Of a stretch of DNA of 64,000 nucleotides, positions 1 through 10,936 are shown piece by piece. The stretch comes from Haliotis rufescens (lineage: Eukaryota). A program made the position numbers and the translations under genes. The notes under the pieces are model-generated. The model was given only the letters and a program-made list of their open reading frames with translations, was not told the DNA's origin and did not search any database. The stretch spans positions 30,504,001-30,568,000 of the forward strand of contig NW_025964001.1 in assembly GCF_023055435.1 (NCBI RefSeq), written 5' to 3'. Numbering within the stretch: the first letter of the stretch is position 1; each line of letters opens with the position of its first letter.

Positions 1-1534
1 AGACCGGAATATCCAGTGACCTGACCGCGCATTTGCTGGTTTTATTGATACTTAAACTGAAATGTTACCTTGGGTGAGTGAGAGTGAAATTTAACGTCAC
101 ATCGGCAATATTCCAGCCATATCGTGACGATGTTACTTTTAAATTACGTCTGCTGTTAAATGCATGTAAAGACAATTGTTTATGAAATACGTTCGTTTCG
201 CAACACAGTGGGGGCAGTTTTTATGCCTCGGCTCAAATATTTCTTTTGTAGTTGACTCTGATGAAACTCGGGGACTTCAGTCCATCAGCATAAACATCGA
301 TCCATTGCAACTAAATATAAAACGGCAACGTCAAATTATATTGAAACACGTAGTTTTAGGTTTACAATAACAAAAGGCAATACAATGGGTAAAATAAGTG
401 ACAGCAACAATAAATAATATATGACAGTCATTCGAATTATTCTGGGGCAGTTTGGCCACTAGGTATTGTACGAGCGCTTCATACATTTGCTGCCACCAAC
501 ACTCGTCAAATCCTACAACAATATCTACTGCCACATAACACTCTCTCCCTTCAAAAAGTAATCTTTGAAAACAGTGAAAACCTTCTTTAAAGTTGGACAA
601 GGATTTCAAGGATAAAAGACTTTACATAACACGTTCTGTTAAACATGTTAAAAGAACATAAAATACATGCTACCATTATACATGCATAATTTAGCAAAAC
701 GGTTTTTGTGTACTGATCCAATCAACTGACTCTTGATAGTGCATCTGCCATTACATTCTCTGCCCTTGATATGGTTTGGAGATTAAACCGTTCCAAAGAC
801 AAACTCCACCTAAACAACCTCTGATTTTCGTTCTTCCTAGTACATTTTGTCTAAGTGGCCAACAAATGTTTATTTGTCGGATCTGGTAAAAAAGGCAATA
901 GGTTCTACTTTTGCAATGATCGGTTGTACCTGACCTTGACCGAATGCATGCCCGAAGAACACTTTTGCAAGACTAACACTTAATGTTACCTGAGAAAGTA
1001 TCTCAAAGAAGGCACGGACCCCCTTCAACTGATCGTCTCGATGTTAGTCTCTGTACCCTGTAGGCCTGACGTGGCGTCAATGGTGAGTAACCGGGGCATT
1101 TTTTAACCCAAATGGCATAACATGAGTGGGTTGGTGCGATACGGATGCTGTTTCACAGGCAATGCTACACTTAGGCCTGTCATGACTAAGTCGGCATGAC
1201 CAGGTACAACTGGAAACATATGTACAAACATGGCAGTTAAAACTGTCTTTGTTGTGCTGGGGTAAAGAGAGCCAACTTCACATTAAGATTGTTTAACACC
1301 TCACAATTTGTAAGGATGGGGCTAGCCTTCTGATCTGTTTAAAATCAAACTTCACGCGCTCACTTCTAAAGACAAATTGACAAATGAGACAACTTGTCGT
1401 TTTCGGTGACCTGGAGTTTCATCGACCTTCTTACCTATTATCGCATAAGGACCTTGGTATCTAGCCATCAATGTTCAACTCGGGTAGGAAACAACACTAA
1501 AACACGCCATGACTAAAATGCCGTTCTTTGGAAA

Positions 1535-1718
1535 TAGGCGACTGTGCTTGTCGTAAGAGGCGACCAACGGGATCGGGTGGTCAGACTTGGTTGATGCATG
1601 TCATCGATCCCAATTGCGTGGATCGATGCTCATGATATCAATCACTGAATTGTCTGGTCCAGACTCGATTATTTACAGACCGCTGTCATATAGCTGGAAT
1701 ATTGCGGCGTTGAACAAC
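1535..1718 (+). mobile_element. Short retroposon family C, 5'-truncated
   Basis: GTCGTAAGAGGCGAC motif, shared body and GCTGGAATATTGC tail. Confidence 0.78.
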
Positions 1719-2052
1719 AGAAAAGACAAGAGTAACACCACATTGCCGAAACAGTATTGTGATCGCAGAAAATGTTTCTTTGTATCCGCGATCTCTAGGG
1801 ACAGTATTACTCTACAGCATACTATCATAAAGTTAAAAATATATGACTGTGTGATCTTTGATGAGATATTTGAACTGACAAGTACAATTGTATAATTATG
1901 TACGGGAGAGATGTGCCTATATAACAGTAACATATATAAACAAATAATTCGCCGATACTTGGAGGAGTGAGCTGATGTAAATAAAAGCGACAAAACACTT
2001 TCCATATTCATTAGAAATCTCTGGGCAAAAGCAGGGATTGCACGATACCGAC

Positions 2053-2434
2053 TAGGGCTGGGACGAGTCCAACTTTACTACCCGGGTACCCGATCCCCTA
2101 TTACCCGGTCCTACCCGGTACCCACTGCAGGTCTCAAGATTTGGGAACAAAATGTCTGATTGGGAATTATTTTATCGCAGCCCTGTCAAAAACTAATTAG
2201 ATTCTTGTATCAAACGATCAATACACTGAAGTTGACTGGAGTTTTATCTTTACTCAAACATATACATGTCAAAAGGAATGTATGCATCGTCAGAAAGAAA
2301 TGCGAAGTGAGTGAGTTTTTGTCATCAAACAATATATCACGTGACTAACCACGGGTCCGGGTAGTCCTGTGGGTACCCGGGTCCTACTCAGGACCTACCC
2401 GACCCAAGTACCCGAGTTACCCGTTCCAGCTCTA
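2053..2434. mobile_element. Non-autonomous hAT-type DNA transposon (MITE)
   Basis: Termini TAGGGCTGGGACG / CGTTCCAGCTCTA, repeated subterminal TACCCG motifs, 8-bp TSD ataccgac/attccgac. Confidence 0.75.
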
Positions 2435-2474
2435 ATTCCGACTATATCATGAGCATGTGTTTATGAATCACTTT

Positions 2475-2642
2475 CACATGGCGATGATACCAGGAGTTAG
2501 CGAAAAGGTACCGAATCCGACAAGTGCTGCTTTAGTCCGAGACCGTGTTTTCAGCCACGTATGTGGTGCTATACTTCCGGAGGGCTTACTGGTCAAAGGG
2601 AGGTAATTCCACGTTAGACCGAACGGAAGATTGCCAGAGAAC
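2475..2642 (+). promoter_or_regulatory. MNAT1 proximal promoter / 5'UTR
   Basis: CpG-enriched, no obvious TATA box; YY1-like ACATGGCG (2476) and ETS-like ACTTCCGG (2573) upstream of the ATG. Confidence 0.45.
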
Positions 2643-2731
2643 ATGGACGAACAAGGTTGTCCAAGATGTAAAACAACAAAATATCGGAACCCCTCACTGA
2701 AATTACTAGTCAACGTTTGTGGACACTCATT
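2643..2731 (+). CDS. MNAT1: MNAT1 (CDK-activating kinase assembly factor MAT1) coding exon 1; full CDS join(2643..2731,6022..6174,7779..7852,9056..9159,10215..10355,10937..11053,12319..12446,15670..15826), 320 aa
   Basis: Translates [29 protein letters not shown], nearly identical to the vertebrate MAT1 RING N-terminus; donor GTGCGT at 2732, phase 2; exons total 963 nt in one frame. Confidence 0.96.
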
Positions 2732-3597
2732 GTGCGTGAATGTTTCATGTGTATCCTAATAGTCCTACTTCATTTTTTCATATAAAGAAAGGAGCATATA
2801 ACATATAGATTGTCCTATTTTCGATCAGAACAAACGTGCCCTCATCATGCTATGATTTATATTTTATCATGAAGTACTGGTAGAGAAAATAAACCTGTAC
2901 ATGGTTATTGTCAAAAAAGACATATAAGCAAAACTAGTCATATGTTACGAAGAAAGTAAAAAGTATTCCGAAGACGTTACTTTGAATTGAAGAATTTGAA
3001 CTCAAGAGAAAAAACAAACAACATTGATAAACAACACAGACTTATCAGGACAAAAAAAACATTTGGGATATCTCATTTGGGAAAAAATGCTGATGTTTTA
3101 TTGTTTAGTGCAGTTTTATTATCCCTTTACCATCATTCATAAATGTTAAATTTTTTCTCAACCAAGAATTGTTTTACAAAAACGTTTACTTCAAAATAAC
3201 ATTTCTCCTACAAGCAAATGTACAACAGAATCAAGTATGACAGTATGTGTCCTCACTCTCCGAAGGTTCACACTCCAATGAACTCACACATCCCGTTGTG
3301 GTCCATTAAAAGATATATACACATGTTCATTTGGTATGTTTAGCCTCTTGTTTCACTGATGGCTTTTCCACTTGAACATTTTGCTTTATATAAGTTACAG
3401 AACTTTAGGTATTGTGATGTGTTTAAGCTTTCCAATGGGCATTTATTGTTTTGTTTTTTCAAAAGTCAGCCTTGTCTTGCGTTCCTAGTGAAGACGACTA
3501 CATATACCCTATAATCACATGTTTATGCACAGAACCTCAAATTCCCCTATAAATCCTATGTACATCATTCTGTATGTTCTTGCCTCTTATCCTGTGT

Positions 3598-3881
3598 GGG
3601 GGCACTGGTGGCCCAGTCGTCTAAGGCGCTGCAATTCGCTGTGCAGAGTTGCGTCCCTTGGGCATGCCAGAAACCTATGATTGTGGGTTCGAATCCCGGT
3701 TTGCCCCAATTATGTTTCTAGGTTTGTCAGCACCATACCAGTGCTCGTGGGTTTCACCGAAGTGGTAAACGTCTAAGACCTGCATCACTTCGGGCTTTCC
3801 TCCCACATTAAGCTGACACGCCGCGATATATCTGGAATACTGTTAAAAGTGGCGTTAAACCCAACTCACTCACTCACTCAC
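3598..3881 (+). mobile_element. tRNA-derived SINE family A
   Basis: A box TGGCCCAGTCG, B box GGTTCGAATCC, (CACT)n tail, TSD cttatcctgtgt/cttaccctgtgt; 4 copies in window. Confidence 0.85.
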
Positions 3882-4493
3882 TTACCCTGTGTAGGGGTGG
3901 TCATAGCCTGTGTTAGGTAATCCATGCATGTTGACAGTCAAAAATAGTCAGTGTTGGAAGCATTTCGGGTTAAGGCAGTGATGGCGCTGCCTTTGTTTTG
4001 TGTGCATTTGCAAACATTCTTTCTTGTTACAGTATTCACAGGTGTCACGTCAGACTTGCTGTTGTTCTATAGTAACTACTCTAAATGTAGGCATTATGAT
4101 ATTCAGCCATACTGAATAGTCAAATGTAGGTGTTCTGTAGGGACGATACACCAACTGTGCGATCTGATACTTGCATGTGCACTTATCTGTGGTGCGTAAG
4201 CCATCTTTTTCATAGACGGGATAGCCAAATACCTGTCACACTAATGATTAACAGTTGGCAGTGTCATGAAATGGATGAAAATAATTATGTTTTCACTACT
4301 CATTTTCACTAGTAATTAGTGTTTGGTGTAACACTTATTCAAGAAAACACTTAAGGTAAGAATTGAAACTTTTTACAAAGTGTGTGACTGTGATCTATAC
4401 TTGTATCGAGAAGTTAAAAATCACGATCCACCGATGCATTGGTGTATCGTCCGACCACTAGTTTTCTGACATGTACAATGTACAATTTCTACA

Positions 4494-4722
4494 ATGTACT
4501 CTCAAATGTAGGTGTTATGGCATACAGCTACACTGTACTCTCAAATGTCGGTGTTATGGCATACAGCTACACTGTACTCTCAAATGTAGGTGTTCTGACA
4601 TACAGCTACACTGTACTCTCAAATGTAGGTGTTATGGCATACAGCTACACTGTACTCTCAAATGTAGGTGTTCTGACATGCAGCTACACTGTACTCTCAA
4701 ATGTAGGTGTTATGACATACGT
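4494..4722. repeat. 42-bp minisatellite, about 5.5 copies, abutting the 40-bp array
   Basis: Unit tgtactctcaaatgtaggtgttatggcatacagctacac and variants; an isolated related copy near 4077. Confidence 0.85.
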
Positions 4723-4726
4723 GCAG

Positions 4727-6049
4727 TTTTCACTGTTGTAGATGTGAGAGCTGTGTGGACCTGCTGTTTTCACTGTTGTAGATGTGAGAGCTGTGTGGAC
4801 CTGCAGTTTTCACTGTTGTAGATGAAAGAGCTGTGTGGACCTGCTGTTTTCACTGTTGTAGATGTGAGGGCTGTGTGGACCTCCTGTTTTCACTGTTGTA
4901 GATGAGAGAGCTGTGTGGACCTGCTGTTTTCACTGTTGTAGATGTGAGAGCTGTGTGGACCTGCTGTTTTCACTGTTGTAGATGTGAGAGCTGTGTGGAC
5001 CTGCTGTTTTCACTGTTGTAGATGTGAGAGCTGCGTGGACCTGCTGTTTTCACTGTTGTAGATGTGAGAGCTGCGTGGACCTGCTGTTTTCACTGTTGTA
5101 GATGAGAGAGCTGTGTGGACCTGCTGTTTTCACTGTTGTAGATGAGAGAGCTGTGTGGACCTTCTGTTTTCACTGTTGTAGATGAGAGAGCTGTGTGGAC
5201 CTTCTGTTTTCACTGTTGTAGATGTGAGAGCTGTGTGGACCTGCTGTTTTCACTGTTGTAGATGAGAGAGCTGTGTGGACCTGCTGTTTTCACTGTTGTA
5301 GATGAGAGAGCTGTGTGGACCTGCTGTTTTCACTGTTGTAGATGTGAGAGCTGCATGGACCTGCTGTTTTCACTGTTGTAGATGTGAGAGCTGTGTGGAC
5401 CTGCTGTTTTCACTGTTGTAGATGTGAGAGCTGTGTGGACCTGCTGTTTTCACTGTTGTAGATGAGAGAGCTGTGTGGACCTTCTGTTTTCACTGTTGTA
5501 GATGTGAGAGCTGTGTGGACCTGCTGTTTTCACTGTTGTAGATGTGAGAGCTGTGTGGACCTGCTGTTGTCATTGTTGTAGATGTGAGAGCTGTGTGGAC
5601 CTGCTGTTGTCACTGTTGTAGATGTGAGAGCTGTGTGGACCTTCTGTTTTCACTGTTGTAGATGTGAGAGCTGTGTGGACCTGCTGTTTTCACTGTTGTA
5701 GATGTGAGAGCTGTGTGGACCTGCTGTTGTCACTGTTGTAGATGTGAGAGCTGTGTGGACCTGCTGTTTTCACTGTTGTAGATGTGAGAGCTGTGTGGAC
5801 CTGCTGTTTTCACTGTTGTAGATGTGAGAGCTGCGTGGACCTGCTGTTTTCACTGTTGTAGATGTGAGAGCTGTGTGGACCTGCTGTTTTCACTGTTGTA
5901 GATGTGAGAGCTGTGTGGACCTGCTGTTGTCACTGTTGTAGATGTGAGAGCTGTGTGGACCTGCTGTTTTCACTGTTGTAGATGTGAGAGCTGTGTTAAC
6001 CTGCTATGTTCACTGTTGTAGATGTGAGAGCTGTGTGGACCTGCTGTTT
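4727..6049 (+). repeat. 40-bp tandem array (33 copies) made of the MNAT1 intron 1 / exon 2 junction
   Basis: Unit ttttcactgttgtag|atgtgagagctgtgtggacctgctg; AG ends at 4741+40n up to 6021, with no indels. Confidence 0.97.
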
Positions 6050-6174
6050 ATCAAGGGGTCGGGGACATGTCCAGAATGTGGCACAGCTCTCCGGAGAAAC
6101 AACTTCCGACTACAGATCTTCGAGGACTCCAATGTGGAGAAAGAACTTGACATTAGAAAGAGAATACTTAGAGA
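6022..6174 (+). CDS. MNAT1: MNAT1 exon 2 (C-terminal half of RING finger)
   Basis: [50 protein letters not shown]; acceptor ttgtag (6021), donor gtaagg (6175). Confidence 0.95.
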
Positions 6175-6470
6175 GTAAGGAACCTTTGATTAAATCGTAA
6201 AAGAAGCTTGTTTACACTACCGATAAGCATGTAAACTACCTGACTGTACAAAGAATAGAAGGTTAATACATCGCAAATAATGATGCATCTTGATAAATGC
6301 AGGGTTTCAAATTTCCATATAAGGTTTCCAACAGCATGCTTAAAATAATAATGGCATGGTTGACATAAGTTGTGTGTCCCTACAGGACACACTTAGTAAT
6401 CATATTCTTTTAATACCTAATCTGGTGGGAGGTTGTAAAAGACTCTCTTTATTTTTTTACCAAAAAAAAA

Positions 6471-6800
6471 GACTGCTTCCGTGGTCTAGTGGTAGAGCAT
6501 CCGCCCGGAGAGTGGATGTTCGATCCCCGGCCGCGTCATACCAAAAGACGTTTAAAGATGGTACTTATTTACACTGCTTGGCGTTCGGCATAAAGGGCTT
6601 ATTACAAGGACTGGTCAGCATGGAGTCGGTATGCTGTGCCTGAGTGGGGTATTCATGTTAAACTGCTGCATGGTATCTCAGTAGACTAGCACTATTAAAT
6701 GGGCTAGTACAAGCAGCCTCACTCACACGTGCATTCACGTCGCTTTATAAGTGCAATAGTCTTAAAAGCCACGTTAAACCCTATTTTACCTCACCTCACC
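6471..6800 (+). mobile_element. tRNA-derived SINE family B (Meta/MESC-like central domain)
   Basis: TGGTCTAGTGGTAGAG A box, GTTCGATCC B box, then GTCATACCAAAAGACG...ATGGTAC core; superfamily assignment from memory. Confidence 0.75.
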
Positions 6801-7037
6801 AAAGAAAAGGTAATGCTATCCCTCTGTAACTGGTGTGGTTTGTATAGATTTCTAGTGCCGTATACAAGGGGCAATGAAGGGGCTACTTATATTTTTGCAA
6901 ATACTAATCAACACTTTTCTAGATTTCTAATGGCTGTCAGTGGCAACTGCTACAGTGGATGGACCTGTAATGCTGTGTTATGTTGGACCAGTGAATGATA
7001 TTAATTTTAAGAAAAGAAGCTAAACATCTCAAATATC

Positions 7038-7767
7038 ACTCACCCACTCTGACCAGACATGGCATCAGACTCACCCACTCTCTGGCTATACATGACATCA
7101 GACTCACCCACTCTCTCACTATACATGGCATCAGACTCACCCACTCTCTGGCTATACATGGCATCAGACTCACCCACTCTCTGGCTATACATGGCATCAG
7201 ACTCACCCACTCTCTGACTATACATGGCATCAGACTCACCCACTCTCTGGCTATACATGGCATCAGACTCACCCACTCTCTGGCTATACATGGCATCAGA
7301 CTCACCCACTCTCTGACTATACATGACATCAGACTCACCCACTCTCTGGCTATACATGGCATCAGACTCACCTACTCTCTGGCTACACATGGCATCAGAC
7401 TCACCCACTCTCTGGCTATACGTGGCATAAGACTACCCCACTCTGGCTATACGTGGCATAAGACTACCCCACTCTGGCTATACGTGGCATCAGACTACCC
7501 AACTCTCTGACTATACATGGCATCAGACTCACCCACTCTCTGGCTACACATGGCATCAGACTACCACTCTGGCTATACATGGCATAAGACTACCCCACTC
7601 TGGCTATACATGACATCAGACTACCCAACTCTCTGACTATACATGGCATCAGACTCACCTACTCTCTGGCTATACATGGCATCAGACTCACCCACTCTCT
7701 GGCTATACATAGCATCAGACTCACCCACTCTCTGGCTATATATCACATCAGACTCACCCACTCTGAC
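7038..7767 (+). repeat. 33-bp minisatellite (about 22 copies) ending 11 nt before MNAT1 exon 3
   Basis: Unit actcacccactctctggctatacatggcatcag. Confidence 0.95.
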
Positions 7768-7778
7768 TTGTGTTCTAG

Positions 7779-7852
7779 TTTCAACAAGAAAGAAGAGGAC
7801 TTCAGTTCGTTGAGGGATTTCAATGACTATCTGGAGATGATTGAGACAATAG
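7779..7852 (+). CDS. MNAT1: MNAT1 exon 3
   Basis: FNKKEEDFSSLRDFNDYLEMIETI; ttctag / gtaaac; phases 2 and 1. Confidence 0.94.
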
Positions 7853-8601
7853 GTAAACACTCACAACCAGTATACCGTAATGCCTGTTTGGTTTTAGTTA
7901 AAGAGAAAGAGAAATGTTCCAATATCATTTCATTTGTACAAAATATTCACTGTTCAATTAAGGATTAAATACTGAATTTACTTTTAGATATAAATATCTT
8001 TCGTGAAAATTTGCCTTTTGTGTACATATTTGCCTTTTTGTGTACATATTGACTTCAGTGTGTTAGTGGTGCTGAAATTATCCTGAAATAGAAAAGGTTT
8101 CTTTGATGTATGAAAGTGTAACTTTCCAATGGTCCTGTATATCCTAACCAGTTTGGCTGCCTGTATCATTCACCATAACTAACCTTTCCTTGCTCTGAGG
8201 AAGGCAGATGCATCCACATCTTGCCGTTGTTGGCTAGTGATCTATTGTGCAAGTCAGGGGAGAGCTACAGTTCCTTCTGACAAGTAACATATTGGTGTAA
8301 TTTCCAACACTGCTGTGGAGAAAGTGTTGAGCCACATGCTGTTCTTCTGTCTACTCGTGGTTGACTTGATGTGTATGTTCTGTGTCACTTCCCTTGTTAG
8401 TGCTACTGTGGCCAATATCTTTGAAATCACATCTTTTACTCTGATATGAATTACAATATCTGACTGTATTAAGGTCTTAGGACACCTCCACAGAAGGTTG
8501 TATCCAATCTAAATACATGTGTAGGTTCTTTCAAAAACAATTTGGCTTCATTTCTTTACCCCCTCGAAATAAAGATACCCTGCACAGGACACAAGTATGA
8601 T

Positions 8602-8687
8602 GATGATACTTCGATGATACTTTGATGATACTTTGATGATACTTCGATGATACTTCGATGATACTTCGATGATACTTCGATGATACT
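8602..8687. repeat. 11-bp tandem repeat
   Basis: (gatgatacttc)n. Confidence 0.9.
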
Positions 8688-9055
8688 CCATTTTTGGTGT
8701 AGATAACATGCAGCTCAGACACGAACAGTGAAAGGGGGATCTAGTTATGGGTGCTGTTCTTCTGTCTGTCCATCCGTCACATTTCGTTACAGGGCAAAAC
8801 TAAAAAACTATGAGAAATATCTTTACCAAACTTGGCACATACATAGGTCTATTGGTGAACTGGTGCCTTTTGGTAGTTTGGAAATTAAAAAAAAGAATAT
8901 TTTTTTTAGTTTCCATGGCAACGACTTTGACTTAGACTGAAAGTGGGGATCAGCCCGTTGTCTGAATATGGCCTTGCTGGTGCATGTGTGTCAACTATGT
9001 TTTATTTTTCTTGTTTATAAAATATCAACTATTTCTACTTTTTATTTGAGAGCAG

Positions 9056-9159
9056 TTTTCAATCTGTCCAATGGTATTGATGTCGAGAGCACACGCAAGA
9101 TGATAGAACAGTACAGGAAGGACAACAAAGATCAGATCAAGAAAAACCTTTCAAAAATG
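9056..9159 (+). CDS. MNAT1: MNAT1 exon 4
   Basis: VFNLSNGIDVESTRKMIEQYRKDNKDQIKKNLSKM; gcag / gtaaac. Confidence 0.93.
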
Positions 9160-9340
9160 GTAAACAATTTTATTTTATTTTTATTCCTGTTTTCTAGCAC
9201 TGATCTACAATGCAATTTTGTGTGTCCAAAGGCATGATGTCAGTGTACTGTGTTTACAGATGGGCAAACACCCCTCGCTTACTTACTCTCACTAACTGAC
9301 ACAATAATTGAAAGTATTTACCTGTGTTATAAACATACCT

Positions 9341-9626
9341 GGGGGGCACTGGTGGCCCAGTCGTCTAAGGCGCCGCGATTCGCTGTGCAGAGTTGCGTCC
9401 CTTAGGCACGCCAGAAACCTATGATTGTGGGTTCGAATCCCGGTTCACCCCGATTATGTTTCTAGGTTTGTCAGCACCATACCCGTGCTTGTGGGTTTCA
9501 CCTAAGTGGTAAACGTCTGAGACCTGCATCACTTTGGGCTTTCCTCCCACATTAAGCTGACACACCGCGATATAACTGGAATATTGTTAAAAGCGGCGTT
9601 AAACCCAACTCACTCACTCACTCACT
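9341..9626 (+). mobile_element. tRNA-derived SINE family A
   Basis: Near-identical to the 3598 copy; 13-bp TSD tataaacatacct. Confidence 0.88.
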
Positions 9627-9776
9627 ATAAACATACCTCACTACTTTGCCCCAGTGTAACATGCCAGAAGTGTGTAGACCTTGGATTATGTTGAAAAAGA
9701 TTTAGCAACCCATTTCAACAATGGTGTCCACCATAGTTAGGTTCAGACCGTTTCAGCACTTCTCATATGCTCCAGG

Positions 9777-10067
9777 ACCGCCTCTGTGGTCTAGTGTTAG
9801 TGCGTCCGCCCGGAGAGTGGAAGGTCTGGGGTTCAATTCCCGGCTGCATCATACCAAAAGACGTTAAAATATGGTACCTTTTGTTACCCTGTCTAGCACT
9901 TAGCGTTAAGGGGCCAAAACTGCGGCATGGTTTCTCAGTCGTCTAGAACTATAAAATCAGCATCTGTCCGGACATGTACAAGCAGCCACACACACACACA
10001 TGCATGCACGTGCTGTGTAATTGCAATAATCTTGGATGTGACGTCAAACCCCATTTCACCTCACCAC
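9777..10067 (+). mobile_element. SINE family B
   Basis: Same head, core and tail as the 6471 copy. Confidence 0.75.
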
Positions 10068-10214
10068 ATATGCTCCAGTTCAGTTTTTTCATAAGAAAAC
10101 ATGAATTATTTATCATCACCACTTATCTTTGGTCCTTGTGTTTTATCAACTTGTGCAAATGTATTCTTTCAGTAATTCTTCATGATATTGTGAAAATTCA
10201 TATATTTCTCCCAG

Positions 10215-10355
10215 AGTAAAGACCAGGAGTACCTCGATCTGCTCATTGAGCAGGAGAAACATGAGACCGCAGTTCGACTTCAGATGATGGAGGAAGAGGC
10301 CGCCAGGGATAAAGCCTTGAAGAAGAAGAACAAGGCTGCCCTGATTGATGAACTG
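10215..10355 (+). CDS. MNAT1: MNAT1 exon 5 (coiled coil)
   Basis: SKDQEYLDLLIEQEKHETAVRLQMMEEEAARDKALKKKNKAALIDEL; ctcccag / gtgggt; phase 0-0. Confidence 0.92.
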
Positions 10356-10404
10356 GTGGGTAGTGTGCACATGATGCCCTTCCTGTAGGTGAAGGCCAGC
10401 TATG

Positions 10405-10830
10405 TTGTCTCCTGCCACGAAGGGGAAGGGGGATATAGGAATGGTTGCTGTCCGTCCGCCCCTCCGTCCATCCGTCACATTTCGTTTCCGGAGCCGAACT
10501 CAAAAACCATGAGAGATACCTTAACCATACTTGGCACAAAGATAGGTCTTGTGGTGAACTGGTGCCTTTTGATAGTTGGGGATTTCTGCCATGGCAACGA
10601 CTTTGACTTAGACTGAAAGTGTTGGTAGTGCTCCTTTCCGGAACAGAACTTGAAAACTGTACAATATTTCTTCACAAAACTTGGCAAATAGACAGGTCTA
10701 GTGGTAATCTGGTGCCTTTTGATAGTTTGCAATTTTTGAAAGATTTATTTTTCGAGTTTCCATAGTCACGACTTTTACTGATATTGAAAATGGCAGTAGT
10801 CGTCTGGAGGGCTAATGCCTTGCACACAAC
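10405..10830 (+). mobile_element. HINE/DINE-1-like (Helentron-associated) element with internal repeats; relatives at 8725-8960, 21330-21530 and 58990-59430
   Basis: (GTCC)n seed, ACATTTCGTTTCCGGAGC motif and repeated GTGAACTGGTGCCTTTTG / CCATGGCAACGAC block shared among four loci; class assignment from memory. Confidence 0.55.
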
Positions 10831-10936
10831 CAGACATGTCATATTGACGGGATATGAGTATTTCAAGCTTGTTTAAATCATCCTGTATCTCAACATGGAT
10901 TCTGCTACAGTGCAGTGCAGTGTTTGGCTGTTACAG

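Noticed and set aside
255-290. CTGATGA hammerhead-like core (also at 52609)
   Set aside because: Could not find stem II plus GAAA and stem III in the required arrangement
3598-3705. tRNA gene candidates at SINE heads (also 6471, 9341, 11445, 19504)
   Set aside because: No complete cloverleaf; they continue into shared SINE bodies and tails, some with TSDs
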